A stretch of 64,000 bases of DNA from a virus (taxonomy: Duplodnaviria; Caudoviricetes), in IMG/VR virus record IMGVR_UViG_3300021387_000189, positions 1-64,000 of that record. The stretch is one strand, 5' to 3'. The notes beneath the pieces are model-generated. The model made no database searches. It saw nothing but the letters and a program-made list of their open reading frames with translations, and was not told the origin of the DNA. Position numbers and translations under genes: made by a program. Positions 5,972-14,650 of the stretch are shown piece by piece (the stretch's first letter is position 1; each line of letters starts with the position of its first letter).

Positions 5972-6106
5972 TCAATATCTACTTTCATCAATCGCTGGAT
6001 AATCATATCCTGATATCCTTGATGTTCCTGTAGACACTCTATCAGCAGGTCGATTATTACCGACTGTAGAAACTGTATTCACGTATGTATTTACAATTCT
6101 CTGCAT
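5972..6106 (-). CDS. 44-aa small ORF upstream of the tRNA operon (not in the ORF track)
   Basis: MQRIVNTYVNTVSTVGNNRPADRVSTGTSRISGYDYPAIDESRY*, A-rich upstream region. Confidence 0.4.
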   Translation of the reverse strand: MQRIVNTYVNTVSTVGNNRPADRVSTGTSRISGYDYPAIDESRY

Positions 6107-6215
6107 TTTAGAGTTGATTTAAGAATTAATTTCAATACTATATATCTTCTACTTAGTGAAAAAGCCACAAAAATCTTATAAATTTTTAAAGATTTTGTCA
6201 ATTTTTCTATTTTCT

Positions 6216-6560
6216 TTACAAATATATCAAAGAAATATCAGATACTTTAATTTCTTTAATTTCTTTTCCTTTTTCAGAAGAATCGAAGTGGTCAAATTCT
6301 TCCTTTGATGACTTGTGCCAGCTTAGTATACAAAACCAAGTGGACCCCCTATTTTGATATGCCTCTTTAATTTTCTTAGTTGCTTCCTCTCGATCAAAGA
6401 AACTTGTATCAAGAGAAATTATACTAGTTCCTATACACTTTGCCATATCAGCAGTAAAAACATACACCACATTGTAATAGTACTTCTCTTGTAAATTTCT
6501 CTCTTCTATTTCCATTACAATATTTTCTTTCTCTTCAGCTCTTTCTCTATCTCTATCCAA
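6216..6560 (-). CDS. hypothetical protein
   Basis: 114-aa ORF co-oriented with its neighbours; true start probably the internal MEIEE overlapping the upstream stop. Confidence 0.6.
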   Translation of the reverse strand: MDRDRERAEEKENIVMEIEERNLQEKYYYNVVYVFTADMAKCIGTSIISLDTSFFDREEATKKIKEAYQNRGSTWFCILSWHKSSKEEFDHFDSSEKGKEIKEIKVSDISLIYL

Positions 6561-7117
6561 TCAACTACTTGGTATTCTTTACCATTATAAGTGACCTCTG
6601 TCATAGGTGTACACAAGTTCCTGTCATCTATATACCATGTAGGAATCACTTTCCTAGGAACTGGATAACCTTCTAAAGGCGATGGGTCTTCATTGACAGA
6701 TGCAAGCTCTATGTCATTCTCTTTGAACCAATCTATAGCATCTTCTAAGAGCTTGTCTGCTCTAGCAGTCCAAAGAATAAGCTGATGTCCTCTCTTGACT
6801 AAGGCTTTAAGTACTTTTGTTGCTGCTGGAGCTGAAGGACCTACTTTAGGGAACATCTCAAGGACACAAGTCCCGTCAAAGTCAATACAAAACTTCAATT
6901 TCTTTGTTTCCTCATTTGTAATATTTGTATCTTCTTTGATACTGACATGTTTCTTGATTTGTTCATCAGGAACATTAGAGACATCTATGTCAATAGTCTT
7001 CCCAGTGAACATCTCTTTGAGCATGTTGAATGCTTGCTCGTTCTTCTTCAAAGATGGTGATGCATAGAATCCATCTTCAGGAAACACCATCTGTATGTTC
7101 TTTATCTCCTTTCCCAT
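6515..7117 (-). CDS. HAD-superfamily phosphatase (BT0820-like)
   Basis: DFDGT motif I, LILWTAR motif II, YIDDRN motif IV. Confidence 0.85.
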   Translation of the reverse strand: MGKEIKNIQMVFPEDGFYASPSLKKNEQAFNMLKEMFTGKTIDIDVSNVPDEQIKKHVSIKEDTNITNEETKKLKFCIDFDGTCVLEMFPKVGPSAPAATKVLKALVKRGHQLILWTARADKLLEDAIDWFKENDIELASVNEDPSPLEGYPVPRKVIPTWYIDDRNLCTPMTEVTYNGKEYQVVDWIEIEKELKRKKIL

Positions 7118-7120
7118 ACA

Positions 7121-8338
7121 CTAAAACTCATTATCAATATTGACTATATAGTAAATCTCTTGAGACTCAAATACAAGATAAGGCATGATGTTGCTTTCTT
7201 CTAGATGTCTTTGGAATTCAGATTTCTGCTTGTAATAGCCTTTATCTTCTAGAGCTTTATATATGATCTTGTAGCATTTTGTCTCAAATTTCTTGATAAT
7301 CTTGTCAAAATACTTAGCCATATTAGTCAGATAGTCAATGTTCATGAAATACTCTGGATCATTCAAGAATCCTTTGTATTCATACTTCCTTAGCTTATAG
7401 TTGTAGAAAGCAAAACATCTTAGATAATCTGGAATCTCACTTCCATTGATACACTCATCTATTGTCTCAACAAAGGCTTTCATAGAGCTAAACAAAGTAA
7501 TGTCACTATTCTCTTTGAACAACTTGAGAATTCCTTTGATTTTTATTGAGTAGTCAGATCTTGTAATTCCCTCAATCCTTTCATTAGACATGCTAAGTAT
7601 CCTTTCATATAGCTCATTGACTCTAGCATCTATCTCAGTTTCAGAGAACAGTGATATGAAGTTTCTTCCAGTGATGACATCATTTAAATCATATTTGTTT
7701 CTCAAATGGTCAAATACTTCTTTGTTGACAGTCTCATTGAATTCTTTCAGGTCCTTCTTTGGAGTGAATCTCTCTACTATATGGACTATCTCATGTCTGA
7801 CTAGCTCTTTGATGTTGAAATTTACTATAGAAAGAAGATGTATGTTGAACTTCACAAAAATTGTGTCTCTGTCAACTTTCCTTTCTATACTCATTGGATT
7901 GTTGTCTCTAGCCTCATAGAAATAGAGCACTATAGGAAATTCATGAGTGTTGTCAAAAGAGTCTTCAGCTTTTCTATGGAAACACTCTTTCTTCTCAGCA
8001 TCATACACAAACTCTAACAGCTCAATAGGCTTGTCAATATTATGAAGGTATTCAATTGGCTTTTTCAGTAAATATTCATCACTATAGTTCTTTCTCTTGA
8101 ACTCTGTCAGCTTGTCATTGATGATACTGACAATATTGTCAATGACACTATCAAATCCTCTTGGGATGTGATATTCTTCAAATATCGGATACAATCTGTC
8201 AAATTCTTCTGACAAGTAGCTTTCTAAGATTTTGTTTTTGTCTTCATCTGAGAACATGCTTGTACCTCTAGATATGCTAGGTTGAGACAAAAGAGTATGA
8301 ACAAGATGAATATCAGTTGGCTTATAATAGTTCTTCAT
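7121..8338 (-). CDS. hypothetical protein with HExxH zincin-like motif
   Basis: VRHEIVH followed by a downstream EIDAR. Confidence 0.6.
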   Translation of the reverse strand: MKNYYKPTDIHLVHTLLSQPSISRGTSMFSDEDKNKILESYLSEEFDRLYPIFEEYHIPRGFDSVIDNIVSIINDKLTEFKRKNYSDEYLLKKPIEYLHNIDKPIELLEFVYDAEKKECFHRKAEDSFDNTHEFPIVLYFYEARDNNPMSIERKVDRDTIFVKFNIHLLSIVNFNIKELVRHEIVHIVERFTPKKDLKEFNETVNKEVFDHLRNKYDLNDVITGRNFISLFSETEIDARVNELYERILSMSNERIEGITRSDYSIKIKGILKLFKENSDITLFSSMKAFVETIDECINGSEIPDYLRCFAFYNYKLRKYEYKGFLNDPEYFMNIDYLTNMAKYFDKIIKKFETKCYKIIYKALEDKGYYKQKSEFQRHLEESNIMPYLVFESQEIYYIVNIDNEF

Positions 8339-8342
8339 TGTA

Positions 8343-9521
8343 TTAGAATAATGGTGTAAGGTTTAAGTTGTCAACGTACTTGTCAAGAGACTTGAACACT
8401 TCAGCATCTCTCTTCTTGTCTTTCACTAGCACATCTTTGAACTCTGAGCCATTGAGCAAAGTATCCATCTTGACACCATACAAGTTGAGGGATGGCTGCT
8501 TGAGCATCAAGCTAGCCAAGTCTCTCTTGTAGCTTGCTATGCTCTCTGGAAACACTGAGCTATTCAAGTACACAAGCTTCTTCTGTCTCTCAAGACGCTC
8601 AAGCACATCAATGTCATTGATTTTCCTCTTGAGGACTGTCTCTAATGCTTCTTTGAGAGATCCTTTTGTCTGCTCTAATTCCTCAATTGAGTGTGCTCCT
8701 AGAATCCCTAACATCTTGACATAAGGTGCATTAGTGAATCTCTTCTTGTTGCCTTTGTCATTGAACCACTCATAAAATGCAGGGACACAGTCTCCATCAT
8801 CTCCACAGAATATCTTGTTGAGGAGAATGTTGTCTGGATCTGTGACTTCCATCTTCACTTTTGGATTAGCAACAATCAAGTTCTTTATGAACTCTCTCTC
8901 ATTGTCTATCTCAAAGTTGAAGATGTCATTTATCTGGACATCTATTGGAGCATCATACCATTGCATTGTATCTTTGTCACAATACAGATGCCTGAATCCT
9001 CCTTTGCCTGTACCAATCTCATTGAACACCATACAATACTGGTTAGTCTCAGGCTTGAAGTCAATGAGCTGCCTGATGTCTGCATCTGCAGAGACAAGTA
9101 TCAAGTTGTAGTTCTGGAATGCTGGCTCTTGGAACACAATCTCTTTAGTCAAAGCCAGCATGTCGTCTGCTTCCGCGTGCTCAACTTCTGCAAAGACATA
9201 TCCAAGTTTCTTCATATGCTCTTTGAAACTGTCTAGAGCGGCGAATATGTTGTCCCAGTTGTAGTCTGAAGACTTTACTCTGTTAATCTTGTAAGTCCCT
9301 ATGATGTCTTTTCTCCAAGAATGCTTAGAGTCAATACAAAACACTACTTTGTTAGGAGCAAACATTCTCAAGATGAATGATATGTCCATAGCCATCTTGC
9401 CAATGTAGTTGTTAATCTCTTCTTGTGTGTCATATGATGCTGTCCCATCAAACCCGTTTGCTAAATACAAGCTCCTGAATGCTAAGTTTGTCCAGTCAAG
9501 AGCTAACACGTTCTGCTTCAT
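8343..9521 (-). CDS. 5'-3' exonuclease / T4 RNase H-like flap nuclease
   Basis: N-terminal LALD, WRK...YKINR, EADD, SADADIRQL and GDDGDCVP motifs. Confidence 0.88.
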   Translation of the reverse strand: MKQNVLALDWTNLAFRSLYLANGFDGTASYDTQEEINNYIGKMAMDISFILRMFAPNKVVFCIDSKHSWRKDIIGTYKINRVKSSDYNWDNIFAALDSFKEHMKKLGYVFAEVEHAEADDMLALTKEIVFQEPAFQNYNLILVSADADIRQLIDFKPETNQYCMVFNEIGTGKGGFRHLYCDKDTMQWYDAPIDVQINDIFNFEIDNEREFIKNLIVANPKVKMEVTDPDNILLNKIFCGDDGDCVPAFYEWFNDKGNKKRFTNAPYVKMLGILGAHSIEELEQTKGSLKEALETVLKRKINDIDVLERLERQKKLVYLNSSVFPESIASYKRDLASLMLKQPSLNLYGVKMDTLLNGSEFKDVLVKDKKRDAEVFKSLDKYVDNLNLTPLF

Positions 9522-9722
9522 GAATATCTAGTGCTTAAGCCTAATAATTTAATGTTATATATGTAAGAGGCTTTTTCTATTTGGCTATTCATATACATTC
9601 ATTTGCAAATAAAGTCCTTATTTATATTTTGTATAAATAAGCGGAAATTTTTAACAATTTTTAAACTTTCCAGTAATTTGCCCATATAACAGATATCTGA
9701 ATCTGTGAATCAATAGAATGCT

Positions 9723-9820
9723 AATATAGTATATAGTAGTATAATAATAGTATATAGTAGTATAATTTAGTATAGGAAACTTAGTGAGGGGTTTGGGGAG
9801 AGGCATGGTGGGGCCTGGGG
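9723..9820. repeat. AT-rich tandem repeat followed by four GGGG tracts (potential G-quadruplex); possible replication origin
   Basis: ATAGTATATAGTAGTATAAT twice plus a partial third copy; GGGG-TTT-GGGG-AGAGGCATGGT-GGGG-CCT-GGGG at 9788-9820. Confidence 0.55.
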
Positions 9821-9826
9821 AAAACT

Positions 9827-9862
9827 AAAGAGTAGTCCTAAATTAGAATAGAACTACTCTTT
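9827..9862. terminator. hairpin terminator after the fibre genes
   Basis: AAAGAGTAGT...ACTACTCTTT inverted repeat. Confidence 0.55.
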
Positions 9863-9901
9863 AATATTTGTATTTGAATAACCTGATTCAATTATTCACC
9901 T

Positions 9902-10678
9902 TCAGTTGACAGGTTCTTCAATCTCTTGCTTCAGAGGAGACACATTGATTGTTGGGAATGCGTGAAGACCACCAAACTCAGTTACTGTGTGAGGATTGCC
10001 ATCTGCATGGTCTACACAAGCATTGATGACCATCTTTGTCCTGTCTTCTATGAGACCAAGTGATCCTTCAACATCTTCTTGAGTATACAGAATTCCATCA
10101 GGAAGAATGAGATTCTTGATGTTGATGACAAGTCCAGTCTCTTTTCCAAAGCACTTTTCAAGATCTAGAACACTATTGTGATCTCCTCTGTAGTCTTCAA
10201 GGAGCATGAATCCTTGCCATCCATCATATTCTGGCCTTGACTCCCACTGATTGATGATACAGTCTTCAATGTTGATTGTGACATTCTTGCTCATTGAGTA
10301 GTTAGAGAATCTGATAGCATTAGACACTTTGTTGAAGTAGCAATTCTTGATGTTGATGACAGCATTGTCTGCACAGTCAAAAATCAAGATAGCATTGTTA
10401 GAGATCTGTCCTTCAAACCTTACATTCTCAATGTCTATCTTCTTAGGACGATATACACGAGTGCCATTGTTGAGACCAATCTCGATTCCATTGTATCTCT
10501 GAGCAGCTGCACTTACGCCTTCATTGTCTCCAGGACAAGAAGCCTGTGTGAAAGTGACATTCTTGATGATGACTTGATCATCAGCTTTCAAGATCACTCC
10601 ACAGTTCTTGTTAGACTGGACTGCATTTCTTGCATAAGTTCCATTGTATGTAACATTCTCAAGCTTAACTAGTTTCAT
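9902..10678 (-). CDS. parallel beta-helix (pectin-lyase-like) protein, possible fibre tip or accessory
   Basis: Repeating IKNVTF / IENVRF / IKNCYF / IEDCII beta-helix rungs. Confidence 0.6.
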   Translation of the reverse strand: MKLVKLENVTYNGTYARNAVQSNKNCGVILKADDQVIIKNVTFTQASCPGDNEGVSAAAQRYNGIEIGLNNGTRVYRPKKIDIENVRFEGQISNNAILIFDCADNAVINIKNCYFNKVSNAIRFSNYSMSKNVTINIEDCIINQWESRPEYDGWQGFMLLEDYRGDHNSVLDLEKCFGKETGLVINIKNLILPDGILYTQEDVEGSLGLIEDRTKMVINACVDHADGNPHTVTEFGGLHAFPTINVSPLKQEIEEPVN

Positions 10679-10731
10679 GTCTATATTGTACTTGTTGTCT
10701 TTTTATAGTTGAGTGTCAATGACACTGGAGC

Positions 10732-13700
10732 TTACTGAGCTACCAGTGTCATGTTCTTTTCATTAGCACTTGATGTCACATTAGAGAGGGCTACAGAGTT
10801 TCCTGTCACAGACACTGCTTCAGCAACATCTACGGGATTCTCTTCAGTTCCTGCTATTGCAAAGTTCTTTGTAGTGTCACTTGCTGACACCGAAGTGCCT
10901 TGCTCTACAACGATTTGCTCTTGGCTAGCCTCAATCTCTGCAATCTGCTCATTCTCTTTCTCTTCAACTAGAGCATTGAATCTTGCAAGCAAGTTGCTGT
11001 AGTTAGCGTTCAGAGACTCCACTTGTGCTTTGAGGATTGAGATTTCGCTAGCATTGGCTGCAATGCTCTCTTCATCTGCTGTGATTGCCTGTGTATGTCC
11101 TTCAAGAGTACTCAAGGCTTCACCAACAGAAGAGTCAGTGACAGCCAAGCTAGCCTCAAGATCATCTGCTTTGCTAAGTGCAATTCCAATTGAAGTGTCC
11201 TGAGCCTCATCATTCTCTTCAAGAGCACTAATTCTATCAGCAGCACTAGTGATAGCAGCAGAGTTAGAAGACACCGAGCTCTGGAGTGAAGCAATATCTG
11301 CAGTGTTCTGAGAGGAAGTCTGCAGCAAGTCAGCTATGCTTGACTCAGTGCTGTCTATCCTTTCATTAGTTGTCTGCAGGCTTGTAGTGAGACTCTCAAC
11401 ATTAGTCTTTGCATCATTAGCAGTATTAGTAGCTGTTGTCACATTAGCTTCAGCCTGGTTAATTCTCTCATTGTGAGCATTGACTGTGTTGTCAATTGAA
11501 GTGATTTGTTCTCTGACAGCTGCAATTGCTTCTGTATTCTGTGTTGTTGCTGTGTTGTTAGCAGCAATGTCAGATGCATGAGCAGCAAGAGTTTCATTGA
11601 ATGATGAGATGCTTGAATGAACACCTGCTATATCGCTCTGGAGAGAAGCAACATTAGTAGAATTAGTGTCAACAAGAGACCTCATGTCATCAACAGCATT
11701 CTTGTTGTTGCTAGCTTTAGTGTCAACATCTGTGATAGCAGCATTCAAGCCTGAGATCTGCTCTGCAAGGCCTTCATCTGCAGCAGCAAGCTCAGTTGCT
11801 TTGCCATCAACATACTCTATTGTAGCATATGATGAAATGTCAAACTTCTGTGTGCCAAGCTTCTCCCAGTTGCCTTCAACATAGATGTACTCAGTGAACA
11901 AGTCTTCTGCTTTGTCGCTCTCTTTCTTGAGGTAGATGACTTCTGGATCAGCATCATTCTCTGCTGGAAGCTCTTCAACTACAACAAACCTGGTCTTAGG
12001 CATTCCAGACACTTGTGAGCGAATAGCTTCTATAGAAGCAAGATTCTCAGCTACAGCTGCACTGTTCTTTTCAACACTTGTCTCAAGAGCTGCAATGCTT
12101 GCATCTGTTGCAGTGAAGTGGGTGTCTATCTCAGAGTTCTTAGCAGTAATACTCTCACTAAGAGATGTCAATGCTGTATTGATGTCATCAACTGAAGCCT
12201 GAGCAGCTTTTGTCCCTACAACTTCAGTAAGTGCTGTAAGGTCAGAGCTTGCAGCTTTAGTGTCAACAACAGCTGCAAGTGCATCAACTGTGGTCTGGTT
12301 TGCTTTGGTCTCTACACTACCAATAACTTCATCAAGACTTGCTTGTGAAGCCTTAGTGTCAACAACACTGCTCAAGCTTGCAAGATCTGTCTGAGAAGCC
12401 TTAGTGTCAACAATAGCTGCAAGAGACTCTAAGTCTGCTTGAGAGGCTTTAGTGTTGACAGAAGCTATAATCTCTTCTGCTTTAGTATTGACTGATGCAT
12501 CAAGAGCAGAGATTGCATCCTTTCTTGAATCTTCTTCAGCAGCGATAGCTTCACTATTCTCTTGAATCCTCTGGTTTGCAGAGATAATACTGCTATTAGC
12601 TGAGCCTATGAGTGAAGACAAAGTTGAGTAGTCAGAGAACTCTTTGTTGTAGAGGTTAGAGAGTGAAGAGTCAAGAGCTGTGATGTTCTCAGTGTTTGCA
12701 TCTGTTATGACTTTGTGGTCTGACACTGTGCCTTGCAATGTCTGGATAGCAGAAGCATTAGTGCTTGTCTTCTCCTCAATAGAAGCAGCAAGCTTCAAGT
12801 CTTCAGTCTGGAGGGCAGAGATAGCTCCATTGATCTCTACATGAGCAAGGTTGTTCTCATTGTAGTTGTTAGCATCTGCTGCTTCAAGAGCCTGACGAGC
12901 AGTGAGGACAATGTTGTCAACTTCATCCTTTGTGTAGTACCCAGACAAGTCTGTAGTAGCTTTGAACTCACCAAGCTTCTCCCATCCGTCATTAGTGTGG
13001 ATGTGCTCAGTATAGATATTGCCAGTAGTTGAGTTGTGAGTAGACACAAGATAGATCTTGTTGTCTTCTATGTCTGTAGCAGGAAGCTCATCAACAATCC
13101 TGAAGAGTGTAGTGTCTATTGTTGTAGAGAGCACTCCGTTCTCAAGAGCAAGTCCACCTCCAACAACGAATGCATCTTGCTTAGCTGCATCAAAAGCAAT
13201 GAAAGAAGCATCAAAGTCTCCTCTAGCTCTTGTGATCGCATACTCAAGATCACTAGCAGCTGAAGTCCTGTTAGAGTTGATGATAGCTGTGAGATCATTG
13301 TTGAGTGCAAGAACTTTGTCATCAGCATACTGCTCAACATTGATCATGCCGTTGTCAAGCTCTTGCCTTACAGCAGCAAGGTCTGTAGACACATCAGCTT
13401 TAGTTGCCTCAATTGTAGCTTGTACAGAAGCGTCGAGGTTACTGAGAACAATATTGATGTCTGCGCTCTTAGCATAGCCATCAAGTGACTGGTGCTCTGT
13501 CAAGTAGTTCTTAGCTTCAAGCTCTTCTTTAGTTACAAATGATGAGACATCATCAGCAACAAGATAGCCAGTGTCATTTGCAAGCTCGCCAACATACTCT
13601 GGAATGTGGATCTCGTGTGCAAATATACTAACATCACCTAGCTCTTTCCTGATATTAGTGTCGTCATAAGCAATGACAGACACATCCTTGATTGCATCTA

Positions 13701-13773
13701 TGAAAGCAAGCGCCTTGTCAAGAGCCTTCTTCTTAGCTGCATCAACGTAACTGAATACTAGTGAATTTGCCAT
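10732..13773 (-). CDS. long coiled-coil tail fibre-like protein
   Basis: 1013 aa, Ala/Ser/Thr-rich heptads, VDTKA repeats, two IV(D/E)ELP...IYL...EH/EYI...WEKLG collar-like modules, YLTEHQSLDGYA motif. Confidence 0.75.
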   Translation of the reverse strand: MANSLVFSYVDAAKKKALDKALAFIDAIKDVSVIAYDDTNIRKELGDVSIFAHEIHIPEYVGELANDTGYLVADDVSSFVTKEELEAKNYLTEHQSLDGYAKSADINIVLSNLDASVQATIEATKADVSTDLAAVRQELDNGMINVEQYADDKVLALNNDLTAIINSNRTSAASDLEYAITRARGDFDASFIAFDAAKQDAFVVGGGLALENGVLSTTIDTTLFRIVDELPATDIEDNKIYLVSTHNSTTGNIYTEHIHTNDGWEKLGEFKATTDLSGYYTKDEVDNIVLTARQALEAADANNYNENNLAHVEINGAISALQTEDLKLAASIEEKTSTNASAIQTLQGTVSDHKVITDANTENITALDSSLSNLYNKEFSDYSTLSSLIGSANSSIISANQRIQENSEAIAAEEDSRKDAISALDASVNTKAEEIIASVNTKASQADLESLAAIVDTKASQTDLASLSSVVDTKASQASLDEVIGSVETKANQTTVDALAAVVDTKAASSDLTALTEVVGTKAAQASVDDINTALTSLSESITAKNSEIDTHFTATDASIAALETSVEKNSAAVAENLASIEAIRSQVSGMPKTRFVVVEELPAENDADPEVIYLKKESDKAEDLFTEYIYVEGNWEKLGTQKFDISSYATIEYVDGKATELAAADEGLAEQISGLNAAITDVDTKASNNKNAVDDMRSLVDTNSTNVASLQSDIAGVHSSISSFNETLAAHASDIAANNTATTQNTEAIAAVREQITSIDNTVNAHNERINQAEANVTTATNTANDAKTNVESLTTSLQTTNERIDSTESSIADLLQTSSQNTADIASLQSSVSSNSAAITSAADRISALEENDEAQDTSIGIALSKADDLEASLAVTDSSVGEALSTLEGHTQAITADEESIAANASEISILKAQVESLNANYSNLLARFNALVEEKENEQIAEIEASQEQIVVEQGTSVSASDTTKNFAIAGTEENPVDVAEAVSVTGNSVALSNVTSSANEKNMTLVAQ

Positions 13774-13858
13774 GTTTAATCTTTGTAGAATTTGTAGATT
13801 TTTGTTTGCTTGAGATATTTATTACAATCACAAACCATACAAATCCTACAAAGTAGAG

Positions 13859-14620
13859 CTAGACATAGATGATCTTAGAGTTGATGATAGAGTTCTTCAC
13901 TCGCTCTAGCTCAGCTTCACAAAGACCTGGGGTGATCACATATTTCTTGTCTACTGTCTTTGCCAAGAATTTGAGATACTCAATAAGTGCTGTACCATTC
14001 ACAGCAAACTCTGCGTCGTTAGCAATAGCATCACCTTTTATAGTGGTCTTCTCTGTGCCTTTTATGTTGACAACTTTAGACTCAATGTTGACATTAGTAG
14101 TAGAAGAGACATTCACTTCACCAGTAGATGTTATTGATATGTCTTTTCCTTCTAGCTGGATTAGAGATGTGTTTCCTGCATGCACTATAGAGATCATCCC
14201 ATCTGGGTTTATCTGCATCACACTGCCGCCTAAGTATATAATGATGCCATGGTTTGGCTGGTATCTCACACACATGTCATTCTCATGGTCAAAGCACAAG
14301 ACTTGTGAGCCTGGATAGTCAGACTCTATCTCGTGTGACAGGTTCTTGTCAACTTTCTGCACACCAAAGTACTCAGGTGCTTTCAAGTCGCCATTCTTGA
14401 ACTTCACTCTGACTGTAGTCCCCTTCTTTGGTATGGACAGAGATCCTAGCCCATCGCCAGCAAAAGTGCCTCCCATTCCAGGAGTAGCCCATGGAATGAA
14501 GTTCTCATCAAGTCCTTCCATGAACTCAGCTACTTTAACTTTGCAACGTCCAGCTCTGTCAGGATCCATGTTCTCTATGACAGTGCCAATATACTCTCTA
14601 TGCTCATCAATCTTTGCCAT
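13859..14620 (-). CDS. baseplate spike, gp5/VgrG-like (OB-fold N-terminus, beta-helix C-terminus)
   Basis: GTVIENMDPDRAGRCKVKV...IPWA...SIPKKGTTVRVKFKNGD motif. Confidence 0.85.
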   Translation of the reverse strand: MAKIDEHREYIGTVIENMDPDRAGRCKVKVAEFMEGLDENFIPWATPGMGGTFAGDGLGSLSIPKKGTTVRVKFKNGDLKAPEYFGVQKVDKNLSHEIESDYPGSQVLCFDHENDMCVRYQPNHGIIIYLGGSVMQINPDGMISIVHAGNTSLIQLEGKDISITSTGEVNVSSTTNVNIESKVVNIKGTEKTTIKGDAIANDAEFAVNGTALIEYLKFLAKTVDKKYVITPGLCEAELERVKNSIINSKIIYV

Positions 14621-14650
14621 TTCTTCTTTCCTTCCTCTGTATGTATCTGA

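Noticed and set aside
10679-10731. Read-through or frameshift fusion of the fibre gene to the beta-helix gene
   Set aside because: A second in-frame stop follows the TAA, the downstream gene is in another frame, and no convincing slippery site is visible
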